Of a stretch of DNA of 64,000 nucleotides, positions 30,001 to 41,000 are shown piece by piece. The notes beneath the pieces are model-generated. The model did no database searches and was not told the DNA's origin. It saw only the letters and a list, made by a program, of their open reading frames with translations. The DNA is from Balanoglossus misakiensis (lineage: Eukaryota > Animalia > Hemichordata): contig CM082595.2 in assembly GCA_040954595.2 (NCBI GenBank), positions 8,786,317-8,850,316 on the forward strand. The letters are read 5' to 3'. Positions within the stretch are counted from its first letter, which is position 1; every line of letters begins with the position of its first letter. The position numbers were made by a program, and so were the translations under genes.

Positions 30001-30840
30001 TTGCAAAATCTCAAAATTTCGTCGATTTTTGAAAAAAAATCATGGTTGAAAATCATCAAAAAATGACAAAATTTTCGAGTTTGCAAAATCACACAATTTC
30101 GTCGATTTTGAAAAAAATCATAGGTTCGTCGATTTTTAAAAAAAAAACATGGGTGAAAATCATCAAAAAATGACAAATTTTCGACTTTGCAAAATCTCAA
30201 AATTTCGTCGATTTTTGAAAAAAATCATGGGGGAAAATCATCAAAAAATGACAAATTTTCGACTTTGCAAAATCTCAAATTTCGTCGATTTTTGAAAAAA
30301 AATCATGGAGGAAAATCATTAAAAATGACAAATTTACGACTGAAAAATCTCAAAATTTCGTCGATTTGTGAAAAAAAATCATGGGTGAAAATCATCAAAA
30401 AATGACAAATTTTCGACTTTGCAAAATCTCAAAATTTCGTCGATTTTTGAAAAAAAATAATGGTTGAAAATCATCAAAAAATGACAAATTTTCGACTTTG
30501 CAAAATCTCAAAATTTCGTCGATTTTGAAAAAAATCATGGGTTCGTCGATTTTTTAAAAACAACATTGGTGAAAATCATCAAAAAATGACAAATTTTCGA
30601 CTTTGCAAAATCTCAAAATTTTGTCTTTTTTTGAAAAAAATCATAGGTGAAAATTATCAAAAAATGACAAATTTTCGACTTTGCAAAAATCTCAAAATTT
30701 CGTCGATTTTTGAAAAAAAATAATGGTTGAAAATCATCAAAAAATGACAAATTTTCGACTTTGCAAAATCTCAAAATTTCGTCGATTTTGAAAAAAATCA
30801 TGGGTTCGTCGATTTTTTAAAAACAACATTGGTGAAAATC
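1..30840 (+). repeat. AT-rich satellite array 1, ~78-bp monomer (77-79 bp) with ~30-bp and ~40-bp deletion variants; continues beyond the left edge
   Basis: Consensus ATCATGGGTGAAAATCATCAAAAAATGACAAATTTTCGACTTTGCAAAATCTCAAAATTTCGTCGATTTTTGAAAAAA repeats head-to-tail. The 26-aa periodicity of the spurious ORFs (MGENHQKMTNFRLCKISKFRRFLKKI) confirms 78 bp. The array stops mid-monomer at 30840. Confidence 0.98.
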
Positions 30841-30899
30841 AAAGCCCACTGCCAGTGTAGCCGGGTTTGCGTAGACACATTTGAATGGCAACAGCTAAC

Positions 30900-33219
30900 A
30901 AATAATAATAATTCTTTATTTCAGACTTTAAAAAAAGTCCATATACCCAAAACAGAGAAGAAAAAAAACAATAATAAAAATCTGAAACTGAGACACACAC
31001 ACAAAAAAACTTACATGATATACAATTGCTTTCGCCAATGTTTGAAAAAATATGCTGTCAGTCGCTCTATCTGATGAACAGATCGCATCAAGTAAAACAT
31101 TAGAAGAATTTTCGAGTCTACGCTTAAAACTGTACATATTGCGTCTAAAAACTTCACCAAGTGACAATACATGTACATGGTTTGTAGCAAACATACCCGA
31201 TGCACAGCAAAATGGCGGAAGACCGAGAAGTCTTCTCCAAACATTATTGTACATAGTTTTAAATTTTTTCATCGGTTTAACTTTAAAGGATGCCCACAAA
31301 CTGCAACAGTAAATATTACTACAATATGCCAAAAATAAAACTTTCTTCACATCTTGACTACAATGTTGAAAATGTCTCAATAGCATGTTTGCTCTTACAC
31401 AAAATGCTCTTCTCTGTCGTTCAATATCTTCATTATCACAACCATCACAAGATATAACATGGCCCAGATAGGTGTGTACAGGTACAAACTTTAAAGTGAT
31501 GTCATTAAGTTTAACCGAAGGAATTCTTTGAACGCTCATATTCTTCCCATTAAAAAGCATGCACACAGTTTTACTAGAATTATAAATGATATCATAATCC
31601 TTGCCATAAATTTCACAAATTCTAAGAAGACGGCGTAGACCCTTAATACTTGGACTGAGTAGAGTCATGTCGTCAGCGTAACCTAAAATGTTAGCGCTGA
31701 CACCACACATGGTACAGCCAACTTTGGCTTTACAGAGTGCATTGATAATATCATCAATGTAGACATTAAAAAGATAGGGAGAGAGTACTCCCCCTTGTCT
31801 TACACCGTTAGAAACACAGTTACCCCACAACACAGTAAACAATTGATTTCTGTACCATTAATATAAAATTCGTACAGCATACAAGGAAACATTCCTGTCG
31901 ATGTGCTTGTTAATTATAACCAGTTTAACGTGATTAACTCTGTCAAAAGCTTTTGAAGCATCCAGAAAACAAGTAAACGCTGGTCTTCCATTGCTGGTGT
32001 AGTAGCTAATGATTTCTTTAAATGCAAATAAACACAGGTCAGTTGAATGTTCTCGCTTGAAACCAAATTGTAAATAATGAGAGGTAAGAAACTCCTCACA
32101 ACGAGAAAGTAAAATATGCTCAAAAACTTTAGAGAAAACAGTTGCTAGTGCTATCGGCCGGTAGTTACTGGCATCACTACAAAGCTTAGTTTTATACTTA
32201 ATAATTGGAACTAAAATAACATTGATAGCCTCAGTTGGCAGGTAACCATGAACAATAATTGCATTAATACAACAAGTCAAAAAGGGTAAAATAGAGGAGT
32301 CTGAGAATTTGAGGTGCTCAGCTAAAATATTGTCAATGCCAGTTGTCTTACCGTCAGGTAACTTATGTATAGCAGAAATTACTTCGTCTTCAGAAACATA
32401 CATATCAGAAGAAAATTTAACATACTTCATTTTCTCCTCGATGTCATTTTTACCAGTCTGAGCCTGGACAGAATTCAAAATATCACTGAAATGCTTGTGC
32501 CACATAATTGCAATTTCACTCTCACCAGTCGCTCCACCTACAGTGTCAGAAAGCGGCGTTTTTCTGCTAGTTTGCTTTCTGACTTCCTTCCAGAAGTCGT
32601 TCTGTTTGTGGCAGCGTAAATTGTCAGCCATCTTGTCAGCCCTATTTTGATTCTCAATCTTTTTACAAGGACGTAAAGCATACTAAAAACGAGCTCTGGA
32701 AGATTTCATGGTTTCAAAAAGCGGGCCTTGTTTAGGTTTACCCACATTAACCCATAATAAAAACATGGAACGGGCATAGTCGTGACTTTCTTTTACAAAA
32801 TCGTTCCAGCCAGGCACAACATGAACTTTCTGGTGAAACTTACGCCTAATGGTATCTTTTGCAGCACAATTCAATGCGTCCACAATACTACTATAACAAG
32901 TATCAATTGCCTGTAAATGCGAAGGGTCTGTACAGTTCACATTACTGCAGAATAACTCTTCGGATAAATTAATCTTATCAATCTTGGCCTTGGTACAACC
33001 GGTGTAGGCGGATATATTCTGCTGTGACAATTTGTTCCAATCAACTCGAAAATTACATTGCTTGAAGGAACTACTGCTGAAGCTTTCATCAGCAGAAGTG
33101 TTGAAATGAACCTCTATTGAAACAGGAATATGGTCGGAGTCAACAACATTGCAAAGACTCGAAATTGAAAGAACATTGCTATGAGAAATGTCAGTGGTAA
33201 CACAGTGGTCAATCCAAAC
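30900..33219 (-). mobile_element. 5'-truncated non-LTR retrotransposon (APE-type LINE; RTE-X/Proto2-like by recalled motif style, clade not certain)
   Basis: The minus strand carries the APE C-terminal motifs WIDH (33205-33216) and SDH (~33130) and the RT motifs NYRPIAL, QFGFK, FLDASKAFDRV, GVRQGGVLSP and YADD. The 3' end has AATAAA (30915-30920) followed by an (ATT)n tail (~30901-30912). Confidence 0.93.
31011..33219 (-). pseudogene. Disrupted ORF2 (endonuclease remnant + reverse transcriptase) of the LINE
   Basis: ORFs 32683..33030, 31858..32631 and 30928..31842 lie in one frame, separated by single in-frame stops (ARF*YALRPCKK at 32683-32685; ILY*WYRNQ at 31858-31860). The frame is open upstream to 33219. 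A probable +1 T frameshift near 31045-31050 hides the likely C-terminus DSIFFKHWRKQLYIM* ending at 31011. Confidence 0.9.
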
Positions 33220-33436
33220 TCAGCGTAATTCAATAAAACGCCCTAACACAGCCTGAACTCCGATAATGTGTTGTCCCAAAATTCATTCCGTGGAAAATAA
33301 TCACTGGTCTGTATACGTATTTCAGCCGATTTTCCAAGGACTACTGCAACCCGCCAGAAGTGAGTAGCCTGCTAATGAGATCTCCACAACATAACGTAAT
33401 GACGGTCAAAGTCCGATGCCCCAGTGTCCGTCCTCA

Positions 33437-33818
33437 GCCCACCAAAAAAAGCGAAAAAATATTACAAAAATCTTCTTCTCAAAATCGACGTGGCCTAGGA
33501 CCTTGAAATTTGGCACAGGGGATTTTGGCCACATGGTCTACAAAAACGCGAAAAGAATGTACATGCCCCCATTAACGTGCAAATTAGGTCAATTTGAAAA
33601 TTTCGCTCGATTATAGCAACAGAGTCACGTGACTAATTACAAATTCAAATGGCAGGTGCACCAGTACTATGGGCCCCAACCACCGTGCCAAATTTGGAAG
33701 GCGCACCTGCCGGAATTTCAGAGAAAAACGGGCGTAAAAAAACGACTCAAGAAGAAAGAAGACAAACTCCAGCAATAACAGAAGGGGACCAAGCGCCTGA
33801 GGGCTCTTGGTCCCCTAA
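33437..33818 (-). mobile_element. 5' fragment of a Helentron-associated non-autonomous element (HINE/DINE-1-like)
   Basis: Terminal stem-loop AGGGGACCAAG...CTTGGTCCCCT (33783-33816) lies next to a T-rich end on the minus strand. It is followed by a TTC/TTTC microsatellite-like tract and AAATTTGG motifs. The left boundary is approximate. Confidence 0.6.
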
Positions 33819-36518
33819 ATATGGGACTAAACTTGACAGATACCCGGAATATTTTCCTATTCAGGATACCTGGTTGCATTTCCCCCTAAAGGCGTCCTAT
33901 TGGCGTGGAAATTGTATAACTTGAAATCGTTTGACTGGGTGATAGGTATTAATATCTTATGATGTTATAAAACACTTGGCTCGCCGAAGGTATGGACCGA
34001 TTATAGCATCAGTCGTGTCATAAAATCTATATGAACGTTATGGGTCAATAAACTTGATGGTCCAATAAAATTTAATGGTTCGTAAAACTATTGTGTCCAA
34101 TGTCTGCAGAGTATACTGGCTGTAACGCATGATTTTTTTCAAAAAAGTTAAGAAATTTTGAAATTTCGCAGAGTCGAAAAATTGTCATTTTTGTACGATT
34201 TTCATGAGCTGTAACTCATGATTTTTTTCAAAAAATGACGAAATTTTGAACTTTCGCAATGTGGAAAAATTGTATTTTTTGGATGATTTTCATAAGCTAT
34301 AACGCATGATTTTTTTCAAAAATGTGAAAAAATTTTGAAATTTCGCAAAGTCGAAAAATTATCATTTTTGGACGATTTTCATGAGCTGTAACTCATGATT
34401 TTTTTCAAAAAATGAAGAAATTTTGAACTTTCGCAATGAGGAAAAATTGTACCTTTTGATGATTTTCATAAGCTATAACCCATGATTTTTTTCAAAAAGT
34501 GAAGAAATTTTGAAATTTCGCAAAGTCTAAAAATAGTCATTTTTGAACGATTTTCTGGACCTATAACCCATTATTTTCTTCAAAAAATGAAAAAATTTTG
34601 AAATTTCGCAAAGTCGAAAATTTTTTTATGTTTGGGTGATTTTCATGACCCATGATTTTTTTCAAAAAATGAAGAAATTTTGAACTTTCGCAATGTGGAA
34701 AAATTGTCATTTTTGGATGATTTTCATGAGCTATAACGCATGATTTTTTTCTTCAAAAATGTGAAAAAATGTTGAACGTTCGCAATGTTGAAAAATTGTC
34801 ATTTTGGGATGATGTTCACGGGATATAACCCATGATTTTTTTTCAAAAAAGTGAAGAAATTTTGAACTTTCGCAAAGTCTAAAAATAGTCATTTTTGGAC
34901 TATTTTCAGGACCTATAACCCATGATTTTCTGCAGAAAATGATGAAATTTTGAAATTTCGCATAGTCGAATTTTTTTTTATTTTAGGTGATATTAATGAC
35001 CCATGATTTTTTCAAAAAAGTGAAGAAATGTTGAAATTTCGCAAAGTCGAAAAATTGTCATTTTTGCATAATCTTCATGAGCTATAACCCATTATTTTTT
35101 TCTTTTGAAATTTCGCAAAGTAACTCATGATTTTTTCAAAAAATGAAGAAATTTTGAACTTTCGCAAAGACGAAAAATTGTCATTTTTAAATGATTTTCA
35201 TGAGCTATAACGCATGATTTTTTTCTTCAAAAATGTGAAAAAAGATTGAACTTTCGCAAAGTCGAAAAATACACATTTTTGGACAATTTTCATGAGCTGT
35301 AGCCCAATAAATTTCGAACTTTCGCAAAGTCGATTTTTTTTTATTTTTGGATGATTTTCAAGAGCTCAAACCCATGATTTTTTCCCAATAATGTGAAGAG
35401 ATGTTGAACTTTCGCAAAGTCTAAAAGTAGTCATTTTTGGACGATTTTCAGGACCTATAACCCATTATTTTCTTCAAAAAATGAAGAAATTTTGAACTTT
35501 CGCAAAGACGAAAAATTGTCATTTTTGGATGATTTTCATGAGCTATAACGCATGATTTTTTTCTTCAAAAATGTGAAAAAAATGTTGAACGTTCGCAATG
35601 TTGAAAAATTGTCATTTTGGGATGATGTTCATGGGCTATAACCCTTGATTTTTTTTCTTCAAAAATGTGAAGAAATTTTGAACTTTCGCAAAGATGAAAA
35701 ATTGTCATTTTTGGGTGATTTTCATGATCTATAACGCATGATTTTTTCCTTAAAAAATGTGAAGAAATTTTGAACTTTCGCAATGTGGAAAAATTGTCAT
35801 TTTTGGATGATTTTCATGATCTATAACCCATGATTTTTTTCTTCAAAACTGTGAAGAAATTTTGAACTTTCGCATAATCGAAAAATACTCTTTTTTGGGT
35901 GATTTTCATGAGCTGTTACTCATGATTTTTTCAAAAATGAAGAAATTTTGAACTTTCGCAAAGACGAAAAATTGTCATTTTCTGGATGATTTTCATGAGC
36001 TATAACGCATGATTTTTTTCTTCAAAAATGTAAAGAAAATTTGAACTTTCGCAATGTGGAAAAATTGTCATTTATTGATGATTTGCATTAGCTATAACCC
36101 ATGATTTTCTTCAAAAATTTGAAGAAAATTTGATAATTCGCAATGTGGAAAAATTGTCATTTTTGGATGATTTTCATTAGCTATAACCCATGATTTTTTT
36201 CAAAAAAGGGAAGAAATTTTGAACTTTCGCAAAGTCGAAAATTTTTTATTTTCGGACGATTTTCATGAGCTGTAACTCATGATTTTTTTTAAAAAAATTA
36301 AGAAATTTTGAAATTTCGCAAAGTTGAAAAATTGTATTTTTGAGATGATTTTCATAAGCTATAACGCATGATGTTTTTCAAAAATGTGAAGAAATTTTGA
36401 AATTTCGCAGAGTCAAAAAATTGTCATTTTTGGACGATTTTCATGAGCTGTAACACATGATTTTTTTCAAAAAATGAAGAAATTTTGAACTTTCGCAATG
36501 TGGAAAATTGTATTTTTT

Positions 36519-38031
36519 AGGTCCCATTGGTATAGGCCTATATACCATGGGACCTTATGGGATGGGTTGCGTCTGTGTGTATGTATGGATGGATGGATGG
36601 ATGTATGTATGGATGTATGTCTGTATGTCCGTCCACATCAAAAACTTGAAAACCGCTGCGCGTATCACCTCAATATATGGTGTGTAGGTGCAGGCAGGGC
36701 TGTAGATGGGACTTTGTCCAAACGAAGTTGCCAGGCCCAAAAATATGCAAATTAGCTGGAAAAATGTGAAATTTATCAAAACTCTGTAAGTCAACAACTA
36801 CTCGTCAGATTGCTTTAAAAATTGGTATGCATGTACCTTATGTCAACCTCACATCGACCTGTAAGTGTTAAGTTGATATCACGGATGTTTTATTTTTTAT
36901 GAATTTTTTAAGATTTTTATTAAATTTATACCTTTACTTATACCTCTATGGTTAAGCTATGTCCACGTCTTATTTTGGAATTCTGGTCTGTGCAATAGTC
37001 CTGTACAGTGACTGTCTATTGGTCAGTGAGCACAATGGGGCCAAAATAAAAGGCAAATTTTTGGGCTCACCAGTAACACCTGCTTAACACATTAATTATG
37101 TGCATACCTAATTCCGGGCTAACTAACAGGGCTACAGGTTTCGTTCTTGTGGGACATGGACCAGTATAGGGTCAACATTTCTTGCCCAAATTTTGGGTGA
37201 CATCAGGTGACCTTTGACCTACTTTCCTTTATCTCGGCATCCAGAGCAGGTACAGACTTGGCGTTTGGAGGGTTGGGACTAAAATTGAAAAGCCATAATT
37301 GGGGGTCACCTGTGACACCTGCATATCTCATTAATTATGTGCATACCTAATTCCAGGCTAACCAATAAGGCTATAGGTTTGGTTTTTGTTGAACATGGAC
37401 CAGTAAAGGATCAACATATCTTGCCCAAATTTTGCATGACCTCAGGTGACCTTTGACCTACTTTACCATATTTTGGCATCCAGAGCAGGTACAGACTTCG
37501 CGTTTGGAGGGTTGGCACTAAATTTGAAAAGCCAAAATTGGGGGTCACCTGTGACACCTGCATATCTCATTAATTATGTGCATACCTAATTCCAGGCTAA
37601 CCAATAAGGCTATAGGTTTGGTTTTTATTGAACATGGACCAGTATAAGGTCAACATTTCTTGCCCAAATTTTGCATGACCTCAGGTGACCTTTGACCTAC
37701 TTTATCATATCTTGGCATCCAGAGCAGGTACAGACTTGGCGTTTGGAGGGTTGGGACTAAAATTGAAAAGCCAAAATTGGGGGTCACCTGTGACACCTGC
37801 ATATCTCATTAATTATGTGCATACCTAATTCCAGGCTAACCAATAGGGCTATAGGTTTGGTTTTTGTTGAACATGGACCTGTATAGGGTCAACATTTCTT
37901 GCCCAAATTTTGCATGTCCTCAGGTGACCTTTGACCTACTTTTCTATATCTTGGCATCCATAGCAGATATGCTTATTGCTATGTTGCTATGTGCTATGTC
38001 CTCAAATGGGACCACAGTGTCCTTGACGCTA
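36519..38031 (+). mobile_element. Complete HINE/DINE-1-like Helentron-associated element (~1.5 kb) inserted in a T-tract of satellite 2
   Basis: It has a 5' stem-loop AGGTCCCA-T-TGGTATA/TATACCA-TGGGACCT (36519-36555), an ATGG/ATGT/GTCY microsatellite (~36571-36634) and central 239-bp tandem repeats. The 3' end has subTIR ATGGGACC (38006-38013) and a short hairpin AGTGTC-CTT-GACGCT. T6 flanks both sides and the flanks rejoin into a normal monomer. Confidence 0.88.
37050..37970 (+). repeat. 239-bp tandem repeat (~3.8 copies) internal to the HINE
   Basis: AATTATGTGCATACCTAATTCC recurs at 37094, 37333, 37572 and 37811. Confidence 0.95.
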
Positions 38032-41000
38032 TTTTTTGATGATTTTCATAAGCTATAACGCATGATTTTTTTCAAAAATGTGAAGAAATTTTGAAATTTC
38101 GCAAAGTCGAAAAATTGTCATTTTTGGACGATTTTCACGAGCTGTAACATGATTTTTTTCAAAAAATGAAGAAATTTTTAACTTTCGCAATGTGGAAAAA
38201 TTGTTATTTTTGGGTGATTTTCATGACCCATGATTTTTTTCAGAAAATGAAGACATTTTGAACTTTCGCAAAGACGAAAAATTGTCATTTTTTGGATGAT
38301 TTTCATGATCTATAACCCATGATTTTTTTCTTCAAAACTGTGAAGAAATTTTGAACTTTCGCATAATCGAAAAATACTCTTTTTTGGGTGATTTTCATGA
38401 GCTATAACCCATGATTTTTTTCTTCAAAACTGTGAAGAAATGTTGAACTTTCGCAAAGTCAAAAAATACTCCTTTTTGGGTGATTTTCATGAGCTGTTAC
38501 TCATGATTTTTTTTTTAAAATGAAGAAATTTTGAAATTTCGCAAAGTCGAAAATTTGTCATTTTTTGATGATTTTCATAAGCTATAACGCATTATTTTTT
38601 TTCAAAAATGTGAAGAAATTTTGAAATTTCGCAAAGTCGAAAAATTGTCATTTTTGGACGATTTTCATGAGCTGTAACTCATGATTTTTTTCAAAAAATG
38701 AAGAAATTTTGAACTTTCGCAATGTGGAAAATTGTATTTTTTTGATGATTTTCATAAGCTATAACGCATGATTTTTTTCAAAAATGTGAACAATTTTTGA
38801 AATTTCGCAAAGTCTAAAAATAGTCATTTTTGAACGATTTTCTGGACCTATAACCCATTATTTTCTTCAAAAAATGAAGAAATTTTGAAATTTCGCAAAG
38901 ATGAAAAATTGTCATTTTTGGATGATTTTCATGATCTATAACGCATGATTTTTTTTTTTAAATGAAGAAATTTTGAAATTTCACGAAGTCGAAAAATTAT
39001 AATTTTTTGATGGTTTTCATGAGCTGTAACGCATGATTTTTTTCAAAAAATGAAGAAATTTTGAAATTTCGCAAAGTCGAAAAATTGTCATTTTTGGATG
39101 GTTTTCATGATCCATGATTTTTTTCAAAAAATGAAGACATTTTGAACTTTCGCAATGTGGAAAAATTTTCATTTTTTGATGATTTTCATTAGCTATAACC
39201 CATGATTTTTTTCCAAAAAATGAAGAAATTTTGAACTTTCAAAAAGTCAAAAAATTGTAATTTTTTGATGGTCTTCGTGAGCTGTAACCCATGATTTTTT
39301 TTCAAGAAAACGAAGAAATTTTGAACTTTCGCAAAGTCGAAAAGTTTTTATTTTTTGATGATTTTCAAGAGCCAAAACCCATGATTTTTTTTCCAAAAAT
39401 GAGAAGAGATGTTGAACTTGTGCAAAGTCGAAATTTTGTCATTTTGGACAATTTTCATGACCCATGATTTTTTTAAAAAAATGAAGATATTTTGAACTTT
39501 CGCAATATGAAAAAATTGTTATTTTTGGATGATTTTCATGAGCTATAACGCATGATTTTTTTCTTAAAAAATGTGAAAAAATGTTGAACGTTCGCAATGT
39601 TGAAAAATTGTCATTTTGGGATGATGTTCATGGGCTATAACCCTTGATTTTTTTTCTTCAAAAATGTGAAGAAATTTTGAACTTTCGCAAAGATGAAAAA
39701 TTGTCATTTTTGGATGATTTTCATGATCTATAACGCATGATTTTTTCCTTAAAAAATTTGAAGAAATTTTGAACTTTCGCAATGTGGAAAAATTGTCATT
39801 TTTGGATGATTTTCATGATCTATAACCCATGATTTTTTTCTTCAAAACTGTGAAGAAATTTTGAACTTTCGCATAATCGAAAAATACTCTTTTTTGGGTG
39901 ATTTTCATGAGCTGTTACTCATGATTTTTTCAAAAATGAAGAAATTTTGAACTTTCGCAAAGACGAAAAATTGTCATTTTCTGGATGATTTTAATGAGCT
40001 ATAACGCATGATTTTTTCCTTCAAAAATGTAAAGAAAATTTGATCTTTCGCAATGTGGAAAAATTGTCATTTTTGGACGATTTTCATGAGCTGTAACTCG
40101 TGATTTTTTTCAAAAAATGAAGAAATTTTGAACGTTCGCAATGTTGAAAAATTGTCTTTTTGGGATGATGTTCATGGGCTATAACCCTTGATTTTTTTTC
40201 TTCAAAAATGTGAAGAAATTTTGAACTTTCGCAAAGATGAAAAATTGTCATTTTTGATGATTTTCATGATCTATAACGCATGATTTTTTTTTAAAAATGA
40301 AGAAATTTTGAAATTTCACGAAGTCGAAAAATTATAATTTTTTGATGGTTTTCATGAGCTGTAACGCATGATTTTTTTCAAAAAATGAAGAAATTTTGAA
40401 ATTTCGCAAAGTCGAAAAATTGTCATTTTTGGATGGTTTTCATGATCCATGATTTTTTTCAAAAAATGAAGAAATTTTGAACTTTCGCAATGTGGAAAAA
40501 TTTTCATTTTTGGATGATTTTCATTAGCTATAACCCATGATTTTTTTCCAAAAAATGAAGAAATTTTGAACTTTCAAAAAGTCAAAAAATTGTAATTTTT
40601 TGATGGTCTTCATGAGCTGTAACCCATGATTTTTTTCAAGAAAACGAAGAAATTTTGAACTTTCGCAAAGTCGAAAAGTTTTTATTTTTTGATGATTTTC
40701 AAGAGCCAAAACCCATGATTTTTTTTCCAAAAATGAGAAGAGATGTTGAACTTGTGCAAAGTCGAAATTTTGTCATTTTGGACAATTTTCATGACCCATG
40801 ATTTTTTTCAAAAAATGAAGATATTTTGAACTTTCGCAATGTGGAAAAATTGTCATTTTTGTATGATTTTCATGAGCTATAACGCATGATTTTTTCCTTA
40901 AAAAATGTGAAAAAATGTTGAACGTTCGCAATGTTGAAAAATTGTCATTTTGGGATGATGTTCATGGGCTATAACCCTTGATTTTTTTTCTTCAAAAATG

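Noticed and set aside
34-30801. Dozens of 60-106 aa ORFs in satellite 1, and similar ones in satellite 2
   Set aside because: They are translations of the monomer on both strands, and frames break at homopolymer length changes. There is no coding signal.
30829-32619. Plus-strand and alternative-frame ORFs overlapping the RT
   Set aside because: They are shadow frames of LINE ORF2. Only the last codons of 31011..31244 are probably the true C-terminus.
30880-33240. Target-site duplication around the LINE
   Set aside because: The flanks CAGCTAAC and CAGCGTAA are only loosely similar and are not an exact duplication at the junctions.
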